Source of the DNA: Ilumatobacteraceae bacterium
Lineage (GTDB): Bacteria; Actinomycetota; Acidimicrobiia; Acidimicrobiales; Ilumatobacteraceae
Assembly (NCBI GenBank): GCA_025358075.1
Contig: JANYKU010000020.1
Coordinates: 428-64,427, forward strand
DNA length: 64,000 nt
Reading direction: 5' to 3'
The notes under the pieces are model-generated. The model was not told where the DNA came from, did no database searches, and worked only from the letters and a program-made list of their open reading frames with translations. Shown here one piece after another: positions 47,990 to 57,494 of the stretch. The position numbers and the translations under genes are program-made. The first letter of the stretch is position 1. Every line of letters starts with the position of its first letter.

Positions 47990-48985
47990 ATGCCGATCAA
48001 CGTTGCCGTCATCGGCGCAGGTTCGTGGGGCACGACGGTCGCTGCATTGGCGGCCGTGAACACCCCGACCATCTTGTGGTCGCGACGTCCGGAGTTGGCC
48101 GCGCAGATCAACGATGCCCATGTCAACGGCGACTACCTGCCCAGCTTCGTGCTGCCCGAGCAGCTGCGAGCGACGAGCTCACTGGAAGAGGCAGTCAGCC
48201 ACGCCGACGTCTTGGTGATGGCGGTGCCGTCGCACGGGTATCGCGACGTCGCTTCCAAAGCTGCCCAATACCTGCGCCCATGGGTTCCGATCGTCACGCT
48301 GACGAAGGGGCTCGAGCGCAGTTCGCGCAAGCGGATGAGCGAGGTCACCAGCGACGAGATGCCCGGTCATCCGGTCGCCGTGCTCACCGGACCGAACCTG
48401 GCCAAGGAGATCCTCGGCGGTCAGCCGGCGGCCAGTGTGGTGGCGATCGACGACGAGGTCATCGCCGCCGAACTGCAACGCATCTTCAGCCGGCCGAGCC
48501 TGCGGATCTACACCAATCCCGACGTCGTCGGCTGCGAGGTCGGTGGGGTGGTCAAGAACGTGATCGCCATCGCCAGTGGCATGGCTGAGGGCATGGGCTT
48601 CGGCGACAACACGCGCGCCACGCTGATCACGCGCGGCCTGGCGGAGATGACGCGTCTCGGGCTGGCGATGGGCGGCCACGCGATCACGTTTTCCGGGCTC
48701 GCCGGCATCGGGGATCTCATCGCCACCTGCTCGTCGTCGCAGAGCCGCAACAACACCGTCGGTAAGCAGCTCGGCCAGGGCAAGTCGATCGACGAAGCGT
48801 TGGCGTCGACGAACATGGTTGCTGAAGGAGTGAAGAGCTGCCCGAGCGTGCTCGACCTCGCCCGTCGCCACGGTGTGGAGATGCCGATCACCGAGCAGGT
48901 CGTCGGTGTGTGCCATCACGGGCGCACCGCGGCCGACGCACTCGGCGCGCTCATGCAACGCAGCCGTAAGAGCGAGCTCGACTGA
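47990..48985 (+). CDS. gpsA: NAD(P)H-dependent glycerol-3-phosphate dehydrogenase
   Basis: Motifs are VAVIGAGSWGTT, NVEYL-like NGDYLP, LTKGLE, GVVKNVIAIASG and AEGVKS. Confidence 0.95.
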   Translation: MPINVAVIGAGSWGTTVAALAAVNTPTILWSRRPELAAQINDAHVNGDYLPSFVLPEQLRATSSLEEAVSHADVLVMAVPSHGYRDVASKAAQYLRPWVPIVTLTKGLERSSRKRMSEVTSDEMPGHPVAVLTGPNLAKEILGGQPAASVVAIDDEVIAAELQRIFSRPSLRIYTNPDVVGCEVGGVVKNVIAIASGMAEGMGFGDNTRATLITRGLAEMTRLGLAMGGHAITFSGLAGIGDLIATCSSSQSRNNTVGKQLGQGKSIDEALASTNMVAEGVKSCPSVLDLARRHGVEMPITEQVVGVCHHGRTAADALGALMQRSRKSELD

Positions 48986-48987
48986 CC

Positions 48988-50118
48988 ATGACATGCACCG
49001 GTGTCGTCGGCGGGCAGTGGCGCGCCACGATCACCGGATGGGGAGCCATCGAACCATGGGACGGCTCGCCCTCGATCGACTGGTTCGTCGCCGCCGATGA
49101 TCGCTGGCATCGCCCTCAGCATGAGACCTCCACGCGCCAGACGATGCTCGAGGGCACACCCGTCGTCGAGACGAGGGTGCGCATCCCTGGCGGCGACGCC
49201 GTACATCGCGTTTACTCGGTCGCCGACGCTGCGGGCCTCACGGTGATCGAGGTGACCAACGAATCGACCCTCCCCATCGCGGTCGCCTTCACGGGTGCAC
49301 CACTGCTGTCGCGCCGTCCGCCCACCTCGATGCCGCCCCAAGGAATCGACCTTCCGGCCGACGCGGTCATCTACCCGATCGGGCACCAGTCCAGCGTCGT
49401 GGTCGCCCGTTCACACAGCGGAACCGCGGGGCCGGCGTTGCCCGAGCCGATCCCATCGGCAGAACAAGTGGCGCGCGGCTGGCTCGCCCAGACGCAACGA
49501 GCCAGCCGGTTGCACCTGCCCGACGCGGCGATGGTCGACGCGGTCACGACGGCGCGCTGCGAGTTGCTCCTCAACGGACCGACGGCCGAGGACGACGACC
49601 CGGTGAGTGTCCTCCTCGGCATCGCCGAACTCGTCCGCCTCGGCCACCAGCCGGCGATCTGGGTGCCAGGCGTCGCCGCCGAGCTGGAGCGATTAGCGCG
49701 GTCCGGCACCCAGATCCCGGCGGGTGTGGTCGAGGCTGCCGCACGCGTTCTCCATGCCGCCGGTGAAGATCGGGCGGTGGAGGACCTCCGCCGCATGGCG
49801 CTTCACGTGTCGAACGACGATGTGGCGGAGGAGCTGCCGAGTGACAGCCGGCGCGTCCCGTGGTGGGTCGAACGCCGATTGGTGGTCTCCGACGAGCGCA
49901 CTGCGCAGGTGATGCCCGCGGGCTTCCCATCGACATGGCTCGGCACTGACTTCGAGGCCCACGGGTTGAGAATCGGGTTGGCGTCGACCCTGTCCTTCGC
50001 GATTCGCTGGCACGGCGAACGCCCGGCGGTGTTGTGGGAGGTCACTGGTCCACCGATGCCCCTGACCCACGAGGGATGGTCGACGGCTCAGCTCTCGGGC
50101 GAGGCCTTATGGCAATGA
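48988..50118 (+). CDS. Conserved-looking hypothetical protein (376 aa)
   Basis: The ATG is 2 nt after the gpsA stop. GC3 is high and there are no low-complexity runs. I recognise no family. Confidence 0.6.
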   Translation: MTCTGVVGGQWRATITGWGAIEPWDGSPSIDWFVAADDRWHRPQHETSTRQTMLEGTPVVETRVRIPGGDAVHRVYSVADAAGLTVIEVTNESTLPIAVAFTGAPLLSRRPPTSMPPQGIDLPADAVIYPIGHQSSVVVARSHSGTAGPALPEPIPSAEQVARGWLAQTQRASRLHLPDAAMVDAVTTARCELLLNGPTAEDDDPVSVLLGIAELVRLGHQPAIWVPGVAAELERLARSGTQIPAGVVEAAARVLHAAGEDRAVEDLRRMALHVSNDDVAEELPSDSRRVPWWVERRLVVSDERTAQVMPAGFPSTWLGTDFEAHGLRIGLASTLSFAIRWHGERPAVLWEVTGPPMPLTHEGWSTAQLSGEALWQ

Positions 50119-50802
50119 TGGTTCGAGGATCGCGTCGTCGCCGACGGTGATGCGCCCGGGCTCGAGCACCGTCGCGTAGACGCGGCTGACTGGGCCTCGA
50201 TCGTGATGCATCACGCGAAAGTCGCCGTTGATGAACCACGGCTTGTTGCTGGCGCACGGCAGCGCGTAGCTGCTGACCTCGCACAGCACCTCGCCGATGC
50301 GCAGCCGGACGCCGGCGCGCACGTCGGCCCACGGCAGCGCGCTGATGGTGATGTTCTCGCCGGCGCGCCCCGGGGCGATGTTGTGACCGGCGCGGCGGAA
50401 GTCGTCGATGACCTCAGCGCTCCAGATGCACAGCGCCTGCCAGGGTCGGCCGTGATGGTTGCGAGTTGCCTGGCGGTCGCCGTACACGCCTTTCCAGGTG
50501 ACCTCGGCCGCCGCGACCGGCAGCTTCGGCAAACCGCCGGGTGACACGCTGAGTTGCACGACCATGCCCTCGGCGCGACCCGGCAGTTGACCCGCATCGC
50601 GGAGCACCGGCCCGGCTGACATCCACGCCGACCACACGGCGGCCAGGTCGGCAGCCAGGTCACCGTTCGCGGGACGGGGCCGGAGGTGTTCGATCACCGA
50701 GGCGTCGCGACCCTCTGCGTAGAGGTCGAAGACCACGTCGGCGAAGTGCACGGTGCGCCGAGCATCGGTCTCCGTGAACCGGTATGGGCCGATGGTGTAC
50801 AT
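50107..50802 (-). CDS. MOSC domain-containing protein with an N-terminal extension of about 80 aa
   Basis: The ATG at 50802 lies inside ORF 50107..51015. Motifs are VYGDRQATRNHHGRPWQALCIWS, GENITISAL and LRIGEVLCEVSSYALPC. Confidence 0.75.
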   Translation of the reverse strand: MYTIGPYRFTETDARRTVHFADVVFDLYAEGRDASVIEHLRPRPANGDLAADLAAVWSAWMSAGPVLRDAGQLPGRAEGMVVQLSVSPGGLPKLPVAAAEVTWKGVYGDRQATRNHHGRPWQALCIWSAEVIDDFRRAGHNIAPGRAGENITISALPWADVRAGVRLRIGEVLCEVSSYALPCASNKPWFINGDFRVMHHDRGPVSRVYATVLEPGRITVGDDAILEPSLP

Positions 50803-50839
50803 ATGCGCACCGTAGATCAGGCACCGTAGGCTGAGGCTC

Positions 50840-51859
50840 GTGACCGCCCTCGACATCGATCCCTTCGCGGACTTGCGCCTCACCGAGTGGACGTCGTGCG
50901 GTGGATGTGCCGCCAAGTGGGGCGCGGCGTTGTTGACCGACATGGTCCGCGAAATGCCTGCCGGGCTCGACCCGTCGCTGCTGGTCGGTCTGGCTCCGTT
51001 CGACGACGCGGCCATCTACGAGATGGCCCCGGGAATCGCCCTCGTCAGCACCACCGACTTCTTCCCGCCGCTCGTCGATCATCCCAGCGACTTCGGGGCG
51101 ATCGCTGCGGCCAACGCCTGTAGCGACGTCTTCGCGATGGGTGGACGTGTCGCCATCGCCGTCAACATCGCCGCCTTTCCCGAGCACTTCCCACGAGAGG
51201 CGATCGTGGCGATCTTCGACGCCGCCGCAGTCGTCGTCGCCGAGGCCGGCGGCACCATCGCCGGTGGTCACACGATCCGCAATCCCGAGCCGATCTTCGG
51301 CCTTGCCGTGCAGGGCGTTGTCGATCCGGCGCGAGTGTTCCGCAAGGGTGGTGGGCGGCCAGGCGATGTACTGATGCTCAGCAAGCCGCTCGGTACCGGG
51401 TTGGCGTTGGCCGGCGGGTCGGCCGACGACAAGGCTGCGGCCATCGCCGGCATGCGGCGGCTGAACCGCGCCGCCTCGGAGGAGCTTCAGTCGCTCGACG
51501 GAGCTGTCCATGCGGCCACCGATGTCACCGGCTACGGCCTGGCCGGTCATGGCTGGGAGATGGCCGAGCGAGGTGGCGTTCAGGTCGTCATCGAGACCGA
51601 CTCGCTATGTACTTATCCCGGCGCCCGCCAAGCCGCCGAACGCGGCGTGCGCACCGGTGGCGATCCGCGAAATCGCGACTACGTGATCGGCCATTTGCAC
51701 TCGTCGGCCACCGCTGCCGGCGAGGCGTTGTGCATGGATCCGCAGACATCCGGAGGATTGCTGGCAGCCGTCGATCCTGCGGCGGCGAGCTCGCTGTCCG
51801 ACATGTGGTGGCGGGTCGGCGAAGTCGCTGCCGGCGACCCGGCAATCGTGCTGCGCTGA
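50840..51859 (+). CDS. selD: Selenide, water dikinase (selenophosphate synthetase), Cys type
   Basis: The start is a GTG. The N-terminal motif is TSCGGCAAKW, with catalytic Cys and Lys in place of Sec. The strings DDAAIY, TTDFFPP and DFGAIAAANACSDVFAMGG match the AIR-synthase-like fold. Confidence 0.9.
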   Translation: MTALDIDPFADLRLTEWTSCGGCAAKWGAALLTDMVREMPAGLDPSLLVGLAPFDDAAIYEMAPGIALVSTTDFFPPLVDHPSDFGAIAAANACSDVFAMGGRVAIAVNIAAFPEHFPREAIVAIFDAAAVVVAEAGGTIAGGHTIRNPEPIFGLAVQGVVDPARVFRKGGGRPGDVLMLSKPLGTGLALAGGSADDKAAAIAGMRRLNRAASEELQSLDGAVHAATDVTGYGLAGHGWEMAERGGVQVVIETDSLCTYPGARQAAERGVRTGGDPRNRDYVIGHLHSSATAAGEALCMDPQTSGGLLAAVDPAAASSLSDMWWRVGEVAAGDPAIVLR

Positions 51860-52530
51860 TGGCCGGGCGGGCACCGACCAGGTCGATCGAGAAGGAGTTG
51901 TGGGCTGCCGGTCACGACATCATCGTCGGCATCGACGAGGTCGGTCGTGGCGCATGGGCCGGTCCGCTCATGGTCGGGGCCGCGATCCTGCCGCGGGATC
52001 GTCGTGTCAACGGTGTGCGCGACTCGAAGGCGCTCACCGAAGCGGATCGCGAGTTCCTGTTCGATCGCATTGCTTCGTGGTGCGATGCCTGGGCCGTCGG
52101 CGGAGCCTCGCAGAAGGAGTGCGACGAGCTCGGAATGGCCGAAGCACAACGCTTGGCGGCCCGCCGAGCGCTGGCCGCATTGGGTGTCACGCCCGACGCC
52201 GCGGTCGTCGACGGCAAGTGGAACTTCATCGGCACCAACGTGGCCCATGTCGAGATGCGGGTCAAGGCCGACCTCACCTGCCTGCCGGTCGCGGCGGCAT
52301 CGATCCTCGCCAAGGTCACCCGCGACCGAATCATGCGCGAGCAGGCCGAGCACTATCCACAGTGGGGCTTCGAGTCCAACAAGGGATATCCGTGCCCGGT
52401 TCACAAGGCGGCGCTGCAGGCCTATGGGCCATCGGCGATCCACCGCCGCACGTGGGTGTTCATGGATCACTACGTGCCGTGGCCGGGCGTGCCGCGGCGC
52501 CTCATCGCCACCCAGCCCACGCTCTTCTGA
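51859..52530 (+). CDS. rnhB: Ribonuclease HII
   Basis: The ATG at 51859 shares its A with the selD TGA. Motifs are VGIDEVGRGAWAGPL, DSKALT, ASILAKVTRD and KGYP. Confidence 0.9.
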   Translation: MAGRAPTRSIEKELWAAGHDIIVGIDEVGRGAWAGPLMVGAAILPRDRRVNGVRDSKALTEADREFLFDRIASWCDAWAVGGASQKECDELGMAEAQRLAARRALAALGVTPDAAVVDGKWNFIGTNVAHVEMRVKADLTCLPVAAASILAKVTRDRIMREQAEHYPQWGFESNKGYPCPVHKAALQAYGPSAIHRRTWVFMDHYVPWPGVPRRLIATQPTLF

Positions 52531-52531
52531 G

Positions 52532-53773
52532 GTGAACGACGTCGCGATCGTCGGCGGTGGGCTCGCCGGGTTGCGTTGTGCTGAGGCGCTCGTATCGCGT
52601 GGCGCCGATGTCGTGGTGCTCGAGGCTCGCCAGCGCGCCGGCGGCCGGGTCTTCAGCCATCACTTCTCCGACGGTCAGTCCGCCGAACGCGGCGCCGAGT
52701 TCATCGACTCGAACCACGCCGAGGTGCTGGCGCTGGCCAGCCGTCTCGGCCTGACCTTGAGCGAACGGTCTGCCGACCTCGATCCCGCGGCGACACTGCT
52801 CGACGCCGGCGGGCGGGCAGTGCCCATGTCGATGCACGCGTCGCTGGAACCCGACATCGCCCGGTGGGATCACGCGGTCGCCACTGTCCCTGATGGTCCC
52901 GACTCCGACGTGGAGTCCCTCGCCGATCTCATGCACGCGCTCGATCTGTCGGTGCTGGCCCGCCTGGTGATCGGCCGTCAGATCCGTACCGAGTACATGC
53001 TGCCCCCCGAAGAGGTCAGTCGCCGGTTCGCCGGTGGCATGACCCGGCTGCAGGCCGCCGGCAGGCGCGAGTGCCATCGCGTCGTCGGCGGCAACGATCA
53101 ACTGGCGACCGGTCTCGCGGCACGGTTGGGCGACCGCGTTCGGCTGGCATGTGCGGTGCAGTCGATCGACGCTGATCGCGGTGAGATCACGTTGCGTCCT
53201 GGCGAAGTGATCGAAGCGGCAACGATCGTCGCAGCCGTGCCGTTGCCGGTGCTGTTGCGCATCTGGTCGGCGATGCCGCTGGAGCTCGGCGCCGTGGGGT
53301 ACGGGGTCGGCGGCAAGATCAGCGTGCAGTTCGATCGCCGGATCTGGCACGACTACGGCCGCAATGGCACGGTGTTGACCGAACGAGCCTGGGGTCACCT
53401 GTGGGAGACCTCCGATGATCAGGGCGGCGATCGCGGTGTTTTGACCAATCTGCTCTCCTCACACGATGGGGCGGCATTCGCTGCACTTCCGGAGGCACCG
53501 GATCGGATCGTGGCCGAGATCGACCGGTTGTTCCCCGGCGCCAGGGGCTTGTCGGGCGAACGGGTGCACACCGACTGGACGAACGATCCGATGAGCCTCG
53601 GTGCGTACAGCTGCTTCGGCCCCGGCCAGCTTGCCGCCGCCGCTCCGTTCCTGCGCGCTGCGTACGGCCGGTTGCTGCTGGCCGGCGAGCACACCGACGA
53701 GTTCAGCGGGTTCATGGAGGGCGCGTTGCGCAGCGGCGCTCGCGTGGCCGAAATGATCGGGGCCGCTAACTGA
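52532..53773 (+). CDS. FAD-dependent amine oxidase family oxidoreductase
   Basis: The GTG at 52532 is 1 nt after the rnhB stop. The dinucleotide-binding motif is VAIVGGGLAGLRCAEAL...VLEARQRAGGRV. The C-terminal flavin motif is LLLAGEHT. Confidence 0.8.
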   Translation: MNDVAIVGGGLAGLRCAEALVSRGADVVVLEARQRAGGRVFSHHFSDGQSAERGAEFIDSNHAEVLALASRLGLTLSERSADLDPAATLLDAGGRAVPMSMHASLEPDIARWDHAVATVPDGPDSDVESLADLMHALDLSVLARLVIGRQIRTEYMLPPEEVSRRFAGGMTRLQAAGRRECHRVVGGNDQLATGLAARLGDRVRLACAVQSIDADRGEITLRPGEVIEAATIVAAVPLPVLLRIWSAMPLELGAVGYGVGGKISVQFDRRIWHDYGRNGTVLTERAWGHLWETSDDQGGDRGVLTNLLSSHDGAAFAALPEAPDRIVAEIDRLFPGARGLSGERVHTDWTNDPMSLGAYSCFGPGQLAAAAPFLRAAYGRLLLAGEHTDEFSGFMEGALRSGARVAEMIGAAN

Positions 53774-54914
53774 GCGCTTGCTCGAGGTCGGCGACGAGGT
53801 CGGCAGCGGACTCGATGCCTACCGAGAGGCGTAGCAGGTTGTCGGGAACCTCCAGCGGCGACCCGGCGGCGGACGCGTGGGTCATGCGACCGGGGTGCTC
53901 GATCAAGCTCTCCACAGCACCGAGTGACTCTGCCAGGGTGAACAGCGTCGTCGCCGCGGCGACGCGCAGCGCAGCGTCGCTTCCCCCCTTGAGGGTGAAG
54001 CTGACCATGCCGCCGAAGTCGCGCATCTGCTTGGCCGCGGCGGCGTGGCCCGGGTGGTCGGGGAGTTGCGGGTACAGCACCCGCTCGACGGCTGGGTGCC
54101 CGACCAGCAGATCGACGATCGCTCGGGCATTGGCGCAATGGCGTTCCATGCGCACGGCCAGTGTCTTCACACCGCGCAACACCAGATAGCAGTCGAACGG
54201 TGCCGGTACACCGCCGGCCGCGTTCTGCGTGAACGTCAATCGATCTGCCAACTCGTCGTCGTCGAGCGCCAGGAACCCGCCGACCACGTCGCTGTGACCA
54301 CCGAGGTACTTGGTGGCGGAGTGCACGACGACGTCGGCGCCGAACGACAGCGGTTGCTGCAGGAACGGCGTGGCGAACGTGTTGTCGACGCACACGAGCG
54401 CGCCGCGTGCGTGGGCAATGTCGACGATCTGCTCGATGTCGAAACAGCGCAGCAGCGGGTTGGTCGGCGTTTCCAGCCAGACCAACTTGGTGTCGTCGGG
54501 CCAGTCGGCGACGAGTCTGTTGGTGTCGATCAGGTCGACGGCGGTCCATGCCAACGAGGTGTGCACCTTCGAGATCAACCGGAACGTGCCGCCGTACGCG
54601 TCGTTGCCCAACAGCACTCGATCACCCGAGCGGAGCAGGCGCAGCACGTTGTCTTCGGCGGCCAAGCCGCTGGCGAAGGCGAGACCGTAGTGTGCCCCTT
54701 CGAGCGATGCGACACATGCTTCGAGCGCGGCACGGGTGGGGTTTCCGCTGCGTGAATACTCGAACCCCTTGTGGCCACCGACACCGTCTTGGGCAAAGGT
54801 CGTGCTGAGGCTGATGGGGGTGACGACGGCACCCGTGACGGGGTCGGGGTCTTGGCCGGTGTGAACCGCACGAGTCTCGAACCCCCACGTCGACTGCTCT
54901 TCGAACTCACCCAT
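53766..54914 (-). CDS. Cys/Met-metabolism PLP enzyme: cystathionine gamma-lyase / gamma-synthase
   Basis: Motifs are YSRSGNPTR, VVHSATKYLGGHSD (PLP lysine) and LAESLGAVESLI. It overlaps the CBS gene by 8 nt. Confidence 0.9.
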   Translation of the reverse strand: MGEFEEQSTWGFETRAVHTGQDPDPVTGAVVTPISLSTTFAQDGVGGHKGFEYSRSGNPTRAALEACVASLEGAHYGLAFASGLAAEDNVLRLLRSGDRVLLGNDAYGGTFRLISKVHTSLAWTAVDLIDTNRLVADWPDDTKLVWLETPTNPLLRCFDIEQIVDIAHARGALVCVDNTFATPFLQQPLSFGADVVVHSATKYLGGHSDVVGGFLALDDDELADRLTFTQNAAGGVPAPFDCYLVLRGVKTLAVRMERHCANARAIVDLLVGHPAVERVLYPQLPDHPGHAAAAKQMRDFGGMVSFTLKGGSDAALRVAAATTLFTLAESLGAVESLIEHPGRMTHASAAGSPLEVPDNLLRLSVGIESAADLVADLEQALS

Positions 54915-56319
54915 TGGCGACCGCCTCGAAGTAGGTGAGCAGATCGGTGCGAGTCAGCACGCTGAGCGGGCGCCCTCCCGACAGCACGAGCAGCGCCGGA
55001 GACTTGTCGAGCATCTCGACCGCCAGGGCGACCTTCTGCCCGACCCCGACCGTCGGCAACTTGGGGCTCATCACCTTCTCGACTGGCGTGTCCATGATCG
55101 ACGGATCTTGGTAGACCGACTCCATCAGGTCGAGCTCGTCGACCGACCCCGACACTTCGGCGTTGGCGAACGGCGGTGTGTTCTTGCACACCGGCAGTTG
55201 GCTGACACCGTTGGCGCGCATGATCTCGATGGTCTGGCGCACGGTGTCGGACGGGTTGACGTACAGCAGCGATGGAGTATCGCCGCGCGTGTCGAGCACC
55301 GCGGCGATGCACTGATCGCACTCGCGGAGGAACCCGAAGGTGGCCATCCACGAGTCGTCGAAGATCCGCGAGAGATAGCCGCGACCAGAGTCGGGGTTGA
55401 GCACCACGACGATGTCGTCGGGATCGGCACGCTTGGCGACCTGCAAGGCCGCGGCGACGGCGAGCCCGCCGGAGCCGCCGATCAAGATGCCTTCCTCGCG
55501 GCTGACCTGGCGGGCGGTGAGGAAGCTCGCCTCGTCGCTGATCGGGATGATCTCGTCGTACAGCGATGCATCCCACGCGGCGGGGAAGAAGTCTTCGCCG
55601 ACGCCCTCCACGAGATACGGCCGGCCCGAGCCGCCGGAGAACACCGACATCTCCGGGTCGGCGGCGACCACTTTGATGTTGGGGTTCTGCTGCTTCAGGT
55701 AGCGGGCCGTGCCGGTGATGGTTCCGCATGTTCCGGCGCCGGCGACGAAGTGGGTGATCCGCCCGCCGGTCTGCCGCCAGAGCTCCGGGCCCGTGGTCTT
55801 CTCGTGAGCGAGCGGGTTGTTGGGGTTGGCGTACTGGTTGGGCCGGAAGGCATTGCGCTCGTTGGTGATGCGTTCGGCGACCTTGTAGTAGCTCTGCGGA
55901 TCTTCGGGCGGCACGGCGACAGGGCAGACGATGACCTCGGCGCCGTAGGCGCGCAGCAGCGTAATCTTCTCGGGACCGTTCTTGTCGGTCATCACGAACA
56001 CGCACTTGTAGCCGCGCTGTGCCGCGGCGATGGCCAGGCCGACTCCGGTGTTGCCACTGGTCGGCTCGACGATCGTGCCGCCGGGCTTCAGCAAGCCGTC
56101 GCGTTCGGCGGCGAGGATCATCTCGATCGCCGGCCGGTCCTTGGATGAGCCGCCCGGGTTGGTCGTCTCCATCTTCATCGCCAGCACGCACTCGATGCCA
56201 TGGATCTCGCTGGTGCGCTTCAATCGCACGAGCGGTGTGTTGCCGACGAGATCGAGCACGCTGTCGGCGATCGAGGTGCCGTGCAGTCGGGTGTCGGCGG
56301 AGTCGTCACCCCATGGCAT
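54907..56319 (-). CDS. cbs: Cystathionine beta-synthase (PLP fold-II plus CBS-pair)
   Basis: The ATG at 56319 lies inside ORF 54907..56370. Motifs are GNTPLVRL, NPGGSSKDR and PTSGNTGVGLA. A C-terminal CBS domain pair is present. Confidence 0.9.
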   Translation of the reverse strand: MPWGDDSADTRLHGTSIADSVLDLVGNTPLVRLKRTSEIHGIECVLAMKMETTNPGGSSKDRPAIEMILAAERDGLLKPGGTIVEPTSGNTGVGLAIAAAQRGYKCVFVMTDKNGPEKITLLRAYGAEVIVCPVAVPPEDPQSYYKVAERITNERNAFRPNQYANPNNPLAHEKTTGPELWRQTGGRITHFVAGAGTCGTITGTARYLKQQNPNIKVVAADPEMSVFSGGSGRPYLVEGVGEDFFPAAWDASLYDEIIPISDEASFLTARQVSREEGILIGGSGGLAVAAALQVAKRADPDDIVVVLNPDSGRGYLSRIFDDSWMATFGFLRECDQCIAAVLDTRGDTPSLLYVNPSDTVRQTIEIMRANGVSQLPVCKNTPPFANAEVSGSVDELDLMESVYQDPSIMDTPVEKVMSPKLPTVGVGQKVALAVEMLDKSPALLVLSGGRPLSVLTRTDLLTYFEAVANG

Positions 56320-56372
56320 GTGGCAAGCGTACCCCCTGAGGTCGGCGCCACCGTCGGGCCCGAGCGTCAACT

Positions 56373-57443
56373 TCAGCGGTTGGCGATCGTGAGGACGATC
56401 TTTCCGACGTGTTGTTTGGTGAGGAAGAGGCGTTGCGCGGCCGCGATCTCGCGCAACGGAAAGACCGCTGCCACCGCTGCGCGGATCTCGCTTCGTTCGA
56501 TGTAGCTCACGAGGTTGGTGAAGACATCAGGGTCGAGCACTGTGCACCCGAACAGCGTGAGGTCGTTGAGATACAGGGTGCGTAGATCCAGCTCGACCCA
56601 GTGGCCGCCGATCGCTCCGCTCGTTGCATAGCGGCCACCGCGACGAAGTACCGCCAGCAGTTGCGGCCACGTCGACCCGCCGACCACATCGATGATCACA
56701 TCGACGCTCCGCTGCCCGAGCACCGTTGTGAGATCGCTGTCGCGAGGCAGCACGACATCGGCGCCGAGCGTTCTGACCTCATCGTGCTTGGCCGGCGCAG
56801 CGAGTGCAATGACGTGGGCGCCACGGCGCTTCGCCAGTTGGATGGCAGCGGACCCGACCCCGCCCGACGCGCCGGTGACGACGACGATTTGGCCTGCCGC
56901 GACCTTCGCCCGCCCGAGCATGTTCTCGGCGGCCGAGTACGAGCAGGGGATCGATGCCAACTCGGCGTCGGTCCACGGGCAGTCCACTCGCACGGCGTGA
57001 CGAGCGGGCACGACGGTGTACTCGGCGAAGGCACCATCGACCTCGGACCCGAAGTAGGCCGGCAGCGCCAGCGGGTCGGCGGGGTCGCGGAACACCGGTT
57101 CGACGATGATCCGTTCGCCGACACGACGCGCTTCGACATCCGACCCGACTGCGACGATGTGGCCGCAGGCGTCGGCGCCCTGGATTCGTGGGAACGTCGG
57201 GACGTTGCCCGACCAGCCGACATCGGCCCGAGAAGTCGGTATCGCTGCGTCGCCATCGATCGGCGTCGGCGCGAGGAGATCGGGTGCGTACCAGCCGATG
57301 CGCGTGTTGATGTCCGTGTTGTTGATCCCCGCTGCCGAGACCCGCACCAGTACGTCGCCCGCACCGGGCTGTGGCACGGGAACGTCATCACGCACCTCCA
57401 GGCAGTCGAACCCGCCATACCCTTTGAGGAGCACCGCGGTCAT
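56373..57443 (-). CDS. Zinc-type alcohol dehydrogenase / quinone oxidoreductase (MDR superfamily)
   Basis: The N-terminus reads MTAVLLKGYGGFDCLEVRDDVPVPQPGAGDVLVRV and the NAD motif is VVTGASGGVGSAAIQLAK. Confidence 0.85.
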   Translation of the reverse strand: MTAVLLKGYGGFDCLEVRDDVPVPQPGAGDVLVRVSAAGINNTDINTRIGWYAPDLLAPTPIDGDAAIPTSRADVGWSGNVPTFPRIQGADACGHIVAVGSDVEARRVGERIIVEPVFRDPADPLALPAYFGSEVDGAFAEYTVVPARHAVRVDCPWTDAELASIPCSYSAAENMLGRAKVAAGQIVVVTGASGGVGSAAIQLAKRRGAHVIALAAPAKHDEVRTLGADVVLPRDSDLTTVLGQRSVDVIIDVVGGSTWPQLLAVLRRGGRYATSGAIGGHWVELDLRTLYLNDLTLFGCTVLDPDVFTNLVSYIERSEIRAAVAAVFPLREIAAAQRLFLTKQHVGKIVLTIANR

Positions 57444-57494
57444 CGTCTGCGGCGTCGTCGTCACCCACACAGCAAACCACGCTTTGGTAGTGGC

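Noticed and set aside
50840-56319. I looked for selenoprotein genes, meaning same-frame ORF pairs split by a single TGA, near selD.
   Set aside because: No adjacent ORFs in this region continue a recognisable protein across an in-frame TGA. All neighbouring genes read as complete.
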